From: the human T2T-CHM13v2.0 reference genome, Homo sapiens
Assembly (NCBI RefSeq): GCF_009914755.1
Contig: NC_060933.1
DNA length: 64,000 bases
Direction: 5' to 3' (one strand)
Shown here: in pieces, positions 1 through 14,279 of the stretch
Position numbering within the stretch: the stretch's first letter is position 1
Layout of the letters: each line of letters opens with the position of its first letter
The notes under the pieces: generated by a model
The model's database searches: none
What the model was told of the DNA's origin: nothing
What the model saw: the letters and a program-made list of their open reading frames with translations, nothing else
Made by a program: the position numbers and the translations under genes

Positions 1-313
1 TGTCAAGTGCGAATAACAGTAGTAGATATTTTACCAAGTGCAAAGAATTGAATAATGCTTACAAACCATTTAGCATATCATCTGGCATTGTCTATTACAG
101 TAAATGCTCAGTAAATGTGAACTATTTTACCCCTGTTGTTTGACGTTAATTTTTTTTCAATGAATGACTCATTGAGATACTAACTCATGCGTCTTGAAAA
201 CACTACCAGTCTCTCCAGAGTAACCTCCAATATGGACAACAGGCAAAAATATGGTGATTATTCCCAGTTTGGGCATTTGTGAAAGATGTGGCTGAGGCTG
301 TATGGATGCGTGT

Positions 314-314
<1 letters not shown>

Positions 315-343
<29 letters not shown>
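315..343. repeat. (CA)n microsatellite
   Basis: Direct reading. Confidence 0.95.
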
Positions 344-347
<4 letters not shown>

Positions 348-654
348 GCCGATGGGAAAATCTAACTCAGCAGGAAAGCTATCACAGAGCGCTGGATTTA
401 GGCACAATGAGTAAACAGGGATTTGGAAGAGAGGAATGCACCACATAAACAATTTTCACAATCTGGTATGAAAGCCCAGATGCTTCCTGCATGAAGGGGT
501 GAACTCAGAGAGCGTCACAGGGCAAAATGAAGTAAATGCTGAGACTGTCCATCATTCTGGCCCAATTCCTACATATCTGTGCATCTTCTACTTATGGTTT
601 TATTTAGGTGAGAATAAATAAGAGTACCTCATAGTAGATAAGAATAGTACATTA

Positions 655-687
655 CACACGCGCGCACGCACACACACACACACACAC
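655..687. repeat. (CA)n/(CG) microsatellite
   Basis: cacacgcgcgcacgcacacaca... alternating purine-pyrimidine run. Confidence 0.9.
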
Positions 688-946
688 CTGGGGTTAGATG
701 AAATTGTATATTTGGGGAACTTGGGGTAAAGAGTACAGAGCCACACAGCAGTTACCTTCTGCATCCTCCTGCTTCAGAGAAAGCAAATAAGACCAGTTTC
801 TTTTTAATCTGTTGTTTTTACTAAGTCCAGGATTGATGTTAATTTGAATTTGTTCTTTTAAGATTCATTTTTGACTGAAAGAACTGAGCCGGAAGGTCTG
901 CTTGAGGCTACTTCCAGTTGAGAAACAATTTATGTGTTCATTGAGA

Positions 947-2600
947 CAGTCATTTACTCAACCAACACTTACTGAGAACTTTCAATGAGGCAGGTTCCTT
1001 GCTAGATACAGGCCAGCTAGATGCTAGAAGCCATCATCAAAGGAAGATGAAAAAGTGATGGTAATTATCCTCTAGAGGTTTGTAAACTGGAGTTAGGGAA
1101 GGGAGCCCAAAATCCATGAATGAGTGATTAAAATACAGTGGGATAAAGTTGGTGGTAGAAATATGTCCATGAGATATGGCAGCAAAGAAGAAGAGCACCT
1201 TCATGGGAAAAGTCCAAAGAAGACTTCCATAAAGAGATGATACCTGAGCAGATGCTTTAAAAATGAGTAGTAATTACCCATGGGAAGGGGAAGAGAGAGA
1301 ACAAGGGCAATCCAGGCAGAGGGGTGGTATGAGCAAAGGCATTGAGCCAAACAAGGAAATCTTCATTTCTGCAGGTAAATGAGAGGCTGGGAGTGTGTCA
1401 TATCCATGAGCTTTAGCAGAGAGCCCATGAGGGGTTTTCAGCAGGGGAGTGCTATTGTGGTGTGTCTAGGCACATTCTGGATTTTAGGGTGATGGGGCTG
1501 CATAGAAGCAGAGAGATTGGTTAGAAGGTTGTTGCAGGCATTTAGGAGAGAGCCTATACTAGGGCTGAAGAGAAGCAGCTATGAAAAGAGATTTGTGGGG
1601 CAAATTGGCTTGGTGGCTAATAAGACACTTAGTTGACCTGGTGACTAATAAGATACATGTACGTGATGATAGTAAGCGAGGGTCAAGCCAGAGGTGAAGA
1701 CAACATCTAGGTTTCCCTCCTAAGTAGAATGGATTAACGGTGGTACCAGCATCTGAGCTAGAGAATAGGGAGGAGCAGCTCTATGGAGAAAGATGAGTTT
1801 GGTCCTGTATATGTTGTGTATGTGGACCATCCGGGTGGAGACATTCAAAATACAATTGTACATAAAGGCTGGAGTTCAGGAGAGATGCTGAAGATATAGT
1901 TTGGATAGATTTAAGCATGTTCGGTAGGAATTAAAGCATGAGGCTGGACATGAGTAGCCAAGAATTAAATGTTAATCAATAAGAACAATAAAACAAATAA
2001 ACCTTTAGTGGTAGAGTAGGAGAAGAGGTGCCCATATGGAGAACATGGCGTCATGGTCTCTTCATCATGGAGGAAGAGTGATCAAATATGTTTTTAAAAA
2101 CGCAGAAGTCAAACAGATCCACACCAAAGAGGGTCCGCTGGACGTGGCAGTCATGGACTTGACTAGGAGCAGACGCAGCAGGGCATGAGGGCAGAGGGAC
2201 TGAGGCTGAGGCATGGACTTGACTAAAAGCAGATGCAGCAGGGCGGTGAGGGCAGAGGGACTGAGGCTGAGGCATGGACTTGACTAGGAGCAGACGCAGC
2301 AGGGCGGTGAGTGCAGAGGGACTGAGGCTGAGGAGGGGTCAGGATGTGAGGATGTTGAGGCAGTAAGAGATGACTGGCCTTGGGGAAGTCTGGAAGAGGG
2401 ATTCAGCAGCAACTAGAACAGGATGCAGGGTCAAGAGAAGTTCACTTATTTTTAGTATGGAAAGAGATAATTCTTGTTTATTGACTAGCAGGAAGGAGGC
2501 ATCTTGGAGAGAGGTGAAGACACAGGGGAGAGGGGATAGTTAATGGGGTATCCTCCCAGATCAGTCTGCACAAGCTCAGGTGCAGGGGTGGAGGCGCTGG
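947..2600 (-). mobile_element. Degraded L2 LINE remnant
   Basis: Begins with an L2 3'-end-like catttactcaaccaacacttactgag and continues as the purine-rich texture typical of antisense L2. Boundaries approximate. Confidence 0.6.
2152..2333. repeat. Minisatellite, 3 x 60-61 bp
   Basis: Units at 2152-2211, 2212-2272 and 2273-2333, each catggacttgactaggagcagacgcagcagggc...gagggactgaggctgagg with few differences. Confidence 0.95.
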
Positions 2601-4170
2601 CCTTCAACAGACAGTCTGAGTCAGAGGCTGGAGGTCAGAAGGTGTGGCTGGATGGGACTTTTTCTCTTCCTAGAAAAAAGGGACATTTTTAGGGGGAAAA
2701 GGAGGGGGTTTAAGCTATTGAGAAAAGTACTGCTTTGAAATGAAATAATCTCACTTTCCTGTAATCAAAACTCTTTATTTCTGATGAAACAGACTCAAAT
2801 AAGAATCACAACAAAGAAATCAGTGCTCAGCTCAAGCCTGGAAATGATTTCCTACACGGAAATCCACTTGCACAGATTCTGATAGTGTGAGTCATGTGAT
2901 TCCAGATGGAGTAAATACACATGAAAAGGAGAGAAAAGCTGGTGTCTCCATGGGCTGAAGCACACTTATGGAGAGAGAAATTTTCATTTATTTGTATTTG
3001 GGCTTCAATATGATTACATCACCATCAATAATGAAAAGTGCTGCCATGTCCCAGCTGTATACTTAGATCAAGATATAAATCAGTCCAATATTGTTCTTTT
3101 TTCTCACTGAATATCTAAATTTGTATATTTGAGGGGAAAGTAGAAAAACCAAGCCAAGATTTTAAAAATTACATTTACTATCACCATCTCCAAGTTACAT
3201 TCACTATAGAATCCTTTAGAAGCATGTTCTTGGGTAGCTTTGCTTTTTATGCACTCAACAAATATTTATTGAGCATCTGTATGTACAGGGAAGAATGTGA
3301 GGTACAGTAACACAAAATATATAGTCCTATCTCTTAATAAGCCTGCACTTGGGAGAGAGGAGGTATAGATAGGGTTGGGAAGGATAAATATATTTTTAAC
3401 ACTCTAATACAAGGCAGAGTGTACCAAAAGTTAGAAATGCTGTGGAGAATCAGAATGAATGAACATACCAGGCTGGGTTGGGGGGCTGGGGGAATTATGG
3501 AAAACATTCCTAAAGAGATGTAATTTGATTTGGGCTTTTATTATGATATCTGTTTTCAGACAATGGAGTTGAGAGTGGGGAGTCCTTCCTGGCTTTGTCA
3601 GGAGCAGTTTGAGGTCTTGGCTGAAGACAGGAAGGCATAAGGCTGGAAAGGGGTGGGAGCAGAACATGGAGGGTGTGAACTTCCAGCCGAAGAAGTTTGA
3701 TGGGGTTTGGGAAGGAGGTGAGAGGGAGCCACCAGGAAAGGATGTGAGCTGGACCTTTGGAATTCTTAAAGGGACCCTTGTCTTCTCTGCCATATTTCTG
3801 TCTCAGGGATGACGTGAGGAAAAAAAAAAAAGAGGAGGAAATGGGCTTGAGTTTCCACTGACACCTTACAGTCAAGGAAGGCCCTGTTCTTTCATAAGGA
3901 AAAGTGGAAATCCTCTGTTTACTTAAGGGCCATTAACATGTTTTCATATTAAAATACCAAATGATCTGCCGTGACTCCAGATAGACTCATCTAAATAAAA
4001 GGAAGCTGTTTCCTTACAAATTGAGTCACAAAGGATAAATATTTGTGGAGTGCCATAGAAACAAATGCGCTGTCTTCCTGAAATGTGGAAAATGAATTTT
4101 GTAGCATTGATTTGCATGAAAACAATATTCTTCCCAGTGTTCTACCTAGAATATTGAAATGGAGGTATTA

Positions 4171-4214
4171 AGATAGATGATAGATAGGACAGATAGATTG
4201 CTAGAGAGCTAGAT

Positions 4215-4250
<36 letters not shown>

Positions 4251-4263
4251 TAAGATAGATAGA
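4171..4263. repeat. Compound (GATA)n/(GACA)n tetranucleotide repeat
   Basis: Direct reading. Confidence 0.9.
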
Positions 4264-5082
4264 TCGATGAGGTTAAATATTCTTAGGATGGAAGAAGGGG
4301 TCAGATAATCACATCTCAGACAGATCTGGAATTCCAGGCAGCAGGAACTAATGAAGTGGTCTCTTCAGAGTTTTACCATGGGACGAATTCACCCCCGATT
4401 AGTTTTTATTCTTTGAGTCACTTCTCTCAAGACAAAGATCTTTGGGCAAGAGTTCAGTTGGCCTAGCTTAGATATGTTTCTACTCCTTGGCCAGGGATGT
4501 GAGCCTTCTGACCAATAGTTTCACCAAATCTACAAGGAACCCTAGAGAGACTTTTTTCCCAGTGGAGGAGCTGGATGTTGTTCCTAAAAGAAAAGGGCAG
4601 AGGGACCCTGGGCAGGCAAAATTTTCAGCTGCCTGCCACCTTAGCCCCTGTCCCCACACTCACTTCTGAACCACATGTGATCAGTCTTCTCTTCCCACCA
4701 CATAACTGAAACTTCAAGGTCATGGGTGAGCTCTATGTTGTTAAGTCTTATTTATAGGAGCGATCAGCTCGCTGCACTGCAAGGCTGGAAAGGTGTTTAA
4801 AATGTATACTTAGGCATGTCTTGGCTCTTTCTGATATAATTCAGCTGGCAAAGGCTCTGGCAGGAAGCCAGACGGACACAAATAGCGCACCAAAGAGATG
4901 CTAAGACATGGGTGATTATAATTGTGCAAGGAGTAGAAACTTCTCTGCTGAGACTTTGGATGTGGCAGAGATTTGGGGAGTAGAAGGGGGGCAAAGCACA
5001 GTTCCAGCCAACCCCATTTACAGGCGTTGATTAGCAGTAATGAATTCACAACCTTGCAATTGCTCATTTTTTTTTCTTCTGC

Positions 5083-5093
5083 TGCTGAGTCAT
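5083..5093 (-). promoter_or_regulatory. Consensus antioxidant response element / CNC-sMAF site with embedded AP-1 (ATGACTCAGCA)
   Basis: + strand TGCTGAGTCAT is an exact match to RTGACTCAGCA. Motif only; no functional evidence. Confidence 0.4.
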
Positions 5094-5189
5094 GGATAAG
5101 ACTCTAAGCTCTGATTAGCTGTGATCCCTAATTCTCAGCACAATTCTAAGAGCATTCCTTCAAATTCAACAATATGTGGTAAGTGTCTT

Positions 5190-6002
<813 letters not shown>

Positions 6003-6984
6003 TTTACTTGTGCTGAATTCATAAACATGTGGGCAGCTTTCCTCTCCTCTGAGCAGCAAACACTTCTTCTGAGGTTCTTGTTTTGGCAGGTTGGCCAGAC
6101 AGGCACCCCACTTGACTGCTCAACTATGAAACTGCAGTTCCAGAGAAGAGAACAGGTCTGAATTAAGCACCTTAAGCCAGTTGGTCAGCATCTCCTTTTA
6201 TTCGGAGAGTAGTTACTGAGATTCAAACCCATGTCAACTGAGTAGCAATGTGTTTGGCTATAGGGTAGGGCGTAACCCTAGTCTATGTCTCTCAATAGTG
6301 AGTTATTTCATAAAGGCTCAGCCCATCGTCAGGAATATGCTGGTCTTGCGTAAGCCTTTTTCAGAAGTGTTCATAGGGTCCTGAGAATTTTGTGAGCACT
6401 TCTTTACTGCTTCTCTTGCCTCCTCTTTTAGTTGGTGCTGAGTTCACTGCATGAAGGGTCCCAGGAGTCCTCTTTCCCCTTGGTTTTTCTACTCCTTTCC
6501 TTTTCTGCTCTTTCTACCACCTCCTACTGCTGGACCTCTTTGTATCTGTACTCCACCATGGAAAATAAGTTTTGTTTGCCCCAGATCTTCCCATTTCCCA
6601 GAGTGGAGCCTTTATAATTCATGATGTTTACTAAACTTGATCTCTGCCCTTTCAAGGGATGGAACTCAGATAATGAAAGATATAGGGAGGGATACATTGC
6701 TTAAATCTGTGAGTGGGCATTACGATGGGCCTAAGTGTCCCAAGAGGGATTGGCTTGCCATGGGAGGTGGTGAGCTCCCCATGTGTGGAGAAGTTCAAGA
6801 AGGTGTGAAATAATCGTTGGGTGGAGGACAGTTCAAGGACTTCATGTTTCTGGAGAGCAATTAAGTTCAATGGCTTCTACTCCCAGTCTGACCTGTGCTT
6901 CTGTGAGCTTGAAAAATATATATTGTGTTGCAATGTGCATTCTTTAGGGAATGAAGGTAAAAGGGCAAGTGGTCATGGGAGGAT

Positions 6985-7215
6985 GTCAAGGATAGGGGCA
7001 AAGGGTACTGGTTCCCCAGCCAGACCACCAGGGTCCAAATTCTGGCTGCACATCATCTCTGCAACCCTGGACAAGTCAGTGCTCTTTCTGTGTATCCATC
7101 CATCTGTGTCATGGGAGTTGCAGATTTTTTTACTTCATGGGATATTGTGAAGATTAAGTATTATAATGTACGTAAAACACTCATAACAGTTCCAAGCACA
7201 CAGTAAGCACTCAAT
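6985..7215 (+). mobile_element. MIR SINE
   Basis: MIR core (ccaaattctggct...ctggacaagtca) and end (cacacagtaagcactcaataat). Confidence 0.7.
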
Positions 7216-7342
7216 AATCCTAATCCTTATGATTATTATTGTTACATATATTACTGTATCTAGCAAAAACAATATTAGAATTGTTAGTATTATAATAATT
7301 ATTATCATCATTGATGGGGAAGGAAAAATGAAGCCCACCTGA

Positions 7343-7733
<391 letters not shown>

Positions 7734-8401
7734 TAAGAAGGGCAAAGGAGTAGCTGAGGATCTGGGAAGCAGGAACTGGAGATTGAATGGCACGGGTCCC
7801 CAGCAGCCAGCATGCTCTGTCTTCCCTTCTCTTTGTTTGGGCCTTGCAGGAAGGTAGGCTCTCAGCAGAGCCTTGAAGGCCAGGTATTTGAGAGCCAGGC
7901 AAGTGAAGCAGAAGGAGAGCATGAGTGAGCCATTGGGAGTGGGGACGGAAACGGCGAGAACCTATCCAAGGCACCGTGCTGAGCTATGAAGCTGGAGGGC
8001 AGCGCAGGCTGTGACCCAAAAAGGCCACACAAGGCCACATGCTCCTGAGTGACAGGAGGGACATGTGATATGCTGGGCCTTGGCCCATGCTGTCTCCTCT
8101 GCCTGGCTCATTTTCTCCTCTTTTCTACCTGGTGAATGCATCCTTCAAGGCCCAGTTAATTCATCATCTACTTTGTCGAGTTTTTCTCACCACCTGTATC
8201 AGTTGAGAATTGCATTCAGCTATGATCACAACAGAGGCTTAAGCCCATAACAAGCAATCTGGAGCCAGGCATTCCAGAAGTGGTGTACTCTTTCCATCGT
8301 GCCCTCTGGGACCCAGGCAATGTCTCTCTTTCTGCACACTCAGACATACTATTGCCCCTGTGGACATAGGATTACTGCTCTGCCTATAGCATCATATCCC
8401 T

Positions 8402-8917
8402 TGCAGTAGGTAGAATAATGGACCCCCAGAGATGTCCACAGGCTAAGCCTCAGAACCTGTGAATATGGTAGGTTCCATGGCAAAGAGGAATTAAAATTAC
8501 AGATGGAATTAGAGTTTCCAAACAGCTGACTTTAAAATAGGGAGATCAGTATCCTGGATTATCTGGGTACACTTTGTATAACCACAAGATCCTTAAATGT
8601 GGAAGAGGGAGGCAGAAATCAGAAGGAGGGGTGGCTGCAGGGAAGGTCAGAGAGATGCAACAGTGCTGGTTTTGAAGATGGAGGAAGGGACCCACAAGGC
8701 ACGGAACGTGGGTGACCTCAGGGAGCTGAAAAGGGCAAGGAAATGGATTCTCCCCTAGAGCCTGCAGAAGGGAACACAACGCTGCCAGCACCTTGATTCT
8801 AGCCTGGCAAACCCCGTGTCAGACTTCTGACATACAGAAATATAAGATAATAAATGTAGATTGTTGTAAGCCACTAAGTTTGTTGTAGTTGTTATAGCAG
8901 GAATTGGAAACGAATGC
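8402..8917 (+). mobile_element. MLT1D-like MaLR solo LTR, nested in an older antisense MLT1 (~8195-9525)
   Basis: tg..taggtagaataatgg..ccagagatgtccac, cagatggaatta, atcctggattatctgggt and ttatagcagg..ggaaac hallmarks. Confidence 0.8.
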
Positions 8918-8994
8918 GTCTCTTTAGCACCAGGTCCCTGTACCTGGCAGGAAGGAAGGAAAGGCAAATGTCACTTAAGCCAACGCTCCTTTCC

Positions 8995-9303
8995 TTTTTT
9001 TTTTTTTTTTTTTTTTGAGACAGGGTCTCACTCTGTCACCCAGACTGGAGTACAGTGTTGTGATCATCACTCACTGCAGTCTTGAACTCCTGGGCTCAAG
9101 TGATCTTCCCACCTTAGCCTCCAGAGTAGCTAGAACTAAGGGTATATGTCACCATGCCCAGCTAACTTTTTATTATTTGTAGAGGTGGGGGTCTTGTCTT
9201 GCCACGTTGCTCAGGCTGGTCTCATCCTCCTGGGCTCAAGCAATCCTCCAGCCTCAGTCTCCCAAAGTGCTGGGATTACAGGCATGAGCCACCGCACCCA
9301 GCC
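8995..9303 (-). mobile_element. AluJ
   Basis: Diverged Alu with J-type cctgggctcaag in both arms, plus poly(T). Confidence 0.9.
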
Positions 9304-11139
9304 CTCCTTTCCCTTTTAGGGAGTTGTGTGGAAGTCCCTTCGGATCATTTTTACTTACATCTCATTGGCCAGAGCTGTCCCATGGCCAGCTTTATCTTCA
9401 GTGGAAGCTAGGATACATAATTTTTTTCAGGTGGGCATGTTGCCATCCCCAACCAAATAAGGATTCTGTTAGTTTGGAAGAGGGGGAGAATAGATATTGA
9501 GAAGACCACTCAGCGTCCCCACCACACACTCCCAGGCAGAACCAACTATTCTACAGCATGTTGTTCTTTCCTCTATTATTGCTATTTTTGGTTTGTATTG
9601 TAATTTATGTGTTCACATGGCTGTTTGCATTACTTGACCAAGAAGTCTCATGAGCAGACACTGTGTCTGATTTATTTCTCCATCCCCAGTGCTCAGCATA
9701 GTGCCTGATACAGAGAAGGTGTTTGCATGAAGTTAGATGGATGAATGTCTAAATAAACTTTGAAATAAGAGCATGATCGATGCACTTCCCAGAGCGAGAG
9801 TTCCTTTCTGTTTTCTTGTGAGGATGATCTATTGGGGTTAGGTACATTTTATAAGACCATTTGGCCATGATTGCAACCTCATCTCCAGTAAATTAAACCT
9901 ACACAGCTGCAGTGTGTCACCTTTCCTTATGGCTTATTACAGTTTGCTTTTTGCTCAGAAGGAACTGAGCAAGCAGGTTAGAGGCTGTTATGTGCACCTG
10001 CCACAGCCTACGGATCCTCAATTAACCTTGCGTGTAAATTACACTTCCTGCCCATTCTTTATTTTTAGCACAGCAACATCTACTTGGCTCTTCCAGAGAA
10101 GACTGCATTAGATTTCAGTCATGAAACTACAAAACAGTGGCGTCTGCAGCCTGGCTGGGATGACTGTTGTTAACCCCATGACACTCTGTTCCTTGCGAAG
10201 CTGCTTTGCCCCAGGACTCAGGTTTTCCTGAGAAAGAGAGCAGCCTGGACTGACCACACCCTCAGAGCCTGGCCCAAGGCCACATGTGAACTTATAGAAA
10301 AATCTGCTATTGGATCTGACATAAACTCTCCATTTCCTTCATTCATTGCATTTGGGTTGAAACTCAGTTGTTGTTATCACAAAGGTTTCATTTCGTTCCT
10401 TTTTTTTCTCTCCCTCTCTCTTCGTTCCTTCTCAGTTACACAGTATCATGACCCAAATCTTTAGCACCTGAACCATATAGCGCAGAGCCTTGAAACCCAT
10501 AGGGCCAGGGCACCCCGTGGAGACAGGCCAGCCAGTGGGCATCAGGTCGCAGAGAATTCTTAACCACTTAAGGTTGCTTCACTGGAAGAAGTGAGTTACT
10601 GAGAGACAGCCATTTTCGGTTTTAGTCAGCCATTTTTATCACGATCTTGTTTGTTTTAGAATCCCCTGTAGTGCCTAGCTCGGAGTCCAACCAAACAAGC
10701 TCCATAAATGTTGATTTTGAATTTAAATAGATGTTGGGGTGCTCCCATTTCCCCTTCACTAGACACATGGGAAGCTGAGGCCCTGGCCCCTCTTTCATGC
10801 CACAGCCTGGGAGATGCTGCCTTCTCAGCAGAAAGCCTCAGGAGGTATTTTGAAAAGGGAATTTGTTGTTTTCATTCTGGTTAGATAAGTTACAAACTAA
10901 TTTTTTAAACTGGGAAAATATTGAAAATTGTTTTTTAAAAATGAAATCACCTTTAATTCCATTACTCAGAGACAACTATCACTGACATTTTTCTGTTTTT
11001 TCAGTCTTAATTCTCATGAAGGTGTGCCCTGTTTCCCTCCAGATTTCTCAGAGGATTCAGGATTAGGGAAGGGAGGAGAGGGTGCCTTATGTTCTTTCTA
11101 ATCGTTTAGCTTTGGGTATTATTGGGATATATATAAATA

Positions 11140-11242
11140 CATTAACACACATATAAATATATGTGTATATATATTATATAACTGGCATATACATTATTGG
11201 GATATATATTAGTAGGATGTATATATATATATGTGTGTATAC

Positions 11243-11287
<45 letters not shown>

Positions 11288-11298
11288 AAATGTATACA
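11140..11298. repeat. (TA)n/(TG)n compound microsatellite
   Basis: Direct reading. Confidence 0.9.
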
Positions 11299-11313
11299 CA
11301 CTTCTATTTGACC

Positions 11314-12214
11314 TGTACCAGTTCATTATTACCACAATAATGCTAACTAACACGCCCTCAAATTCAGTGGCTTAAACCCAAAGTCATTTATTCTTGCCCA
11401 CACTTCTGTGAGTAGGCTGGGTATTTGCTGATCTAGGCTGGGCTTAGCTGAGTGGCTCTAATTTCAGGTGCTTCTGAACTATATAGCTGAGAGCCCTGAA
11501 ACCCATAGGGCCAGGGCACACTGTGCCTATCTATGGGTTTGCCTCAGGTCTATTCCATGTGTGTTCTTTCTGTGGTCCAGGCTGAAGGGGCAGCAGCTGC
11601 CCAGATAAGTTATTGTCTTGGCATTGGAAGGGGTGCAAGAGGACAAGCTCAACTGGGCAAGCACTTTTCAAGCCTCTGCTTGTGTCTTATCTGCTCACAT
11701 CCTATTGGCTAAAGCAGGTCACATGGCTGCGGCCAGTGCCAAGGGACTGGGAAGTGTAACCCATCTACCATAAGCCTAGAGCAAATCACATGGTCAAGAT
11801 TGACATCAGTGGCTTGGGGAAGCATGTACTCTTCCCATGGAAGTAAGGGAGGAAGGAAGGGAATATTTTTGAGAATAATGTAATCTTTTTTTTTTTTTTT
11901 TGAGATGGAGTCACACTCTGTTGCCCAGGCTGAAGTGCAGTGGTGCAATCTGGGCTCGCTGCAGCCTTGCAGCCTCTGTCTCCTGGGTTCAAGCGGTTCT
12001 CCTGCCTCAGCCTCTAGAGTAGTTGGGATTACAGGTGTGCACCACCATGCCCAGCTAATTTTTGTATTTTTAGTAGAGACGGGCTTTCACCATGTTGATC
12101 AGGCCAGTCCCAAACTCCTAACCTCAGGTATACGCCTGCCTCGGCCTCCCAAAGTGCTGAGATTACAGGCATGAGTCATCGCAACCGGCCCAAGAATAAT
12201 ATAATCTACTGCAC
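11314..12214 (-). mobile_element. Old MaLR (MLT1-type) solo LTR carrying an Alu and a short templated insertion
   Basis: cagtggcttaaac...catttattctt, ggctgggcttagctg and cctattggctaaagcaggtcacatggc motifs of antisense MLT1. Confidence 0.7.
11887..12190 (-). mobile_element. AluS
   Basis: Full Alu with TSD agaataat[g/a]taatct. Confidence 0.93.
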
Positions 12215-12270
12215 ACCCTAAATATCTGCTAAAGTACTCTGTACTTTGAGATTTAAATCAAATCTGCTCA

Positions 12271-12334
12271 GGCCAGGTGTGGTGGCTCATGCCTGTAATC
12301 ACACCTCAAATAAATAAATAAATAAATAAATAAA
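12271..12334 (+). mobile_element. Internally deleted Alu (head fused to tail)
   Basis: First 30 nt of Alu, then acacctc and a (TAAA)n tail. TSD aaa[t/c]ctgctca. Confidence 0.85.
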
Positions 12335-12823
12335 ACCTGCTCAGAGCCCACCTGGTTGGTAGTATCATCCAGTCTACACAGGGAACCTCTAGTCCAGAGC
12401 TCCTCTACTCATTGAATTAATTCAGTTTCTGGATAATGTGACTGTCTCGTGTGTTGTTCCTATTTCACACTCATGTCTCTTTACTTACTCCCCCCAAAAT
12501 AATTTACACAGATGTGTGTAGAAGATTTTGCTGAACATCTGGACCAGCAAAGAAGTTTTACATCTTTATGTTCGTATCTCTAGATTGGCCAGCCCCCTCT
12601 CCATAAATTCTCTTTGCGTCTCGCCCACACACAGCCTCTCAAGTTAAAGCTTGCTGAAGAATTCACTCTTGTCTCCAAAATTCTGAAAGTCTTATCTTGG
12701 CTGGGCCACACCTTTGCGCAACTTAGCTCAGCTTTTTAAATTCATTCAATGTAGGTGTATTGAGCATTTGTGCCCTCTGTCTGAGGAATTTATAATCTAG
12801 TAGGGGAAATTAATAATGTATGT

Positions 12824-13026
12824 TACTATTTGGGGCCAGAAAATTCTTTGCTGTAGGGTGCCATCCGGTGCACTGTGGGATGTTTACCAGCATCCCTGGC
12901 CTCTACCCTCTATGTGCCAGTAACACCAGTCCCACCCCCTTGAGCTTTGGACAACCAAAATATCTCTAGACATTGCTGAATATCCCCTGAGGGACAAGAT
13001 CACCTCAGTTGAGAGCCACTGCTCTA
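12824..13026. mobile_element. MER20-like hAT-Charlie DNA transposon
   Basis: cagcatccctggcctctaccc...acaaccaaaa...agacattgc...gttgagagccactg. Confidence 0.8.
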
Positions 13027-13650
13027 ATATATGGTAGACTTGATAAGACTTCTGATAAAACAAAATAATGTGCTAAGAAATGTTCAGAGGGAAGCGATGT
13101 TATTTCCTGGCAGTGAAATCTGTGAACACCTCATGACAGGTGGCATCTGAGCTGAGACTTCAAGAATGGTTGGGAGTTTGAGTTGAGTTTCCTAGAGGAG
13201 GAAAAGACATGGGGTACATGTGGGCAAATAAGAGTGGCTCTATTTGACTAATGCATGAAGTGAAATAGGCATGTTGTTAGAGTGGAGCTGATAGGTACTG
13301 GGAGGCTAGATACCATGGGGACTTATAAGCTGTAGGACTTCTACTTTTACCCTGAGTGAAATGACAAATATTTCAGAGCTGTGTTCATTTGGAGGAGGTT
13401 AATTTGGATATAGGGCTTGCCTTCATAACCCAAAGTAATTGCTGCAAAGATTATCCCTCCAGAGGTCACTTTTCTGACACCCAGGAAGGAAACAGAAAGG
13501 CCATCTGAGGGGCACAGTATGTCGCTAAATAAATTCATGCCTGGATCTTGGTGTTCCTTACCTTTCAGAAAACCCCACTCTGAACTCCTTATTTTAGGTC
13601 TAAGTCTAATGGCCAGTTCCCGAGAGCAGATTAAAAGATGGAAAAAGAGG

Positions 13651-13972
<322 letters not shown>

Positions 13973-14279
13973 TGGAAAAGGAGGAAGGCAAGGGAGGGGA
14001 CTTATATAGGCAGACACAGACTCAGCAGCAAAGCTTCCAGCACAACAGAGGGGAAAGAGACCAAAAGAAAAAATGAATGAATGAGTGATTGAATGAATGA
14101 ACCAATGAATAAATTCAGATCAAATAATTCAAGAGGCACAGCAATCTAGAGTTTTAGCAAGAGAACATTTATCCCTTCATTCTTCCTGAAGACATTGCTG
14201 CATATCAGTGCCATCCTACTCTGCCAATATATGTAATGTTTAACAAGGTGGGGGATGTGGAGAACACTTTAGATCCCAT

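Noticed and set aside
2152-2333. CRISPR-like array
   Set aside because: Contiguous tandem units without unique spacers, in human DNA with no cas genes.
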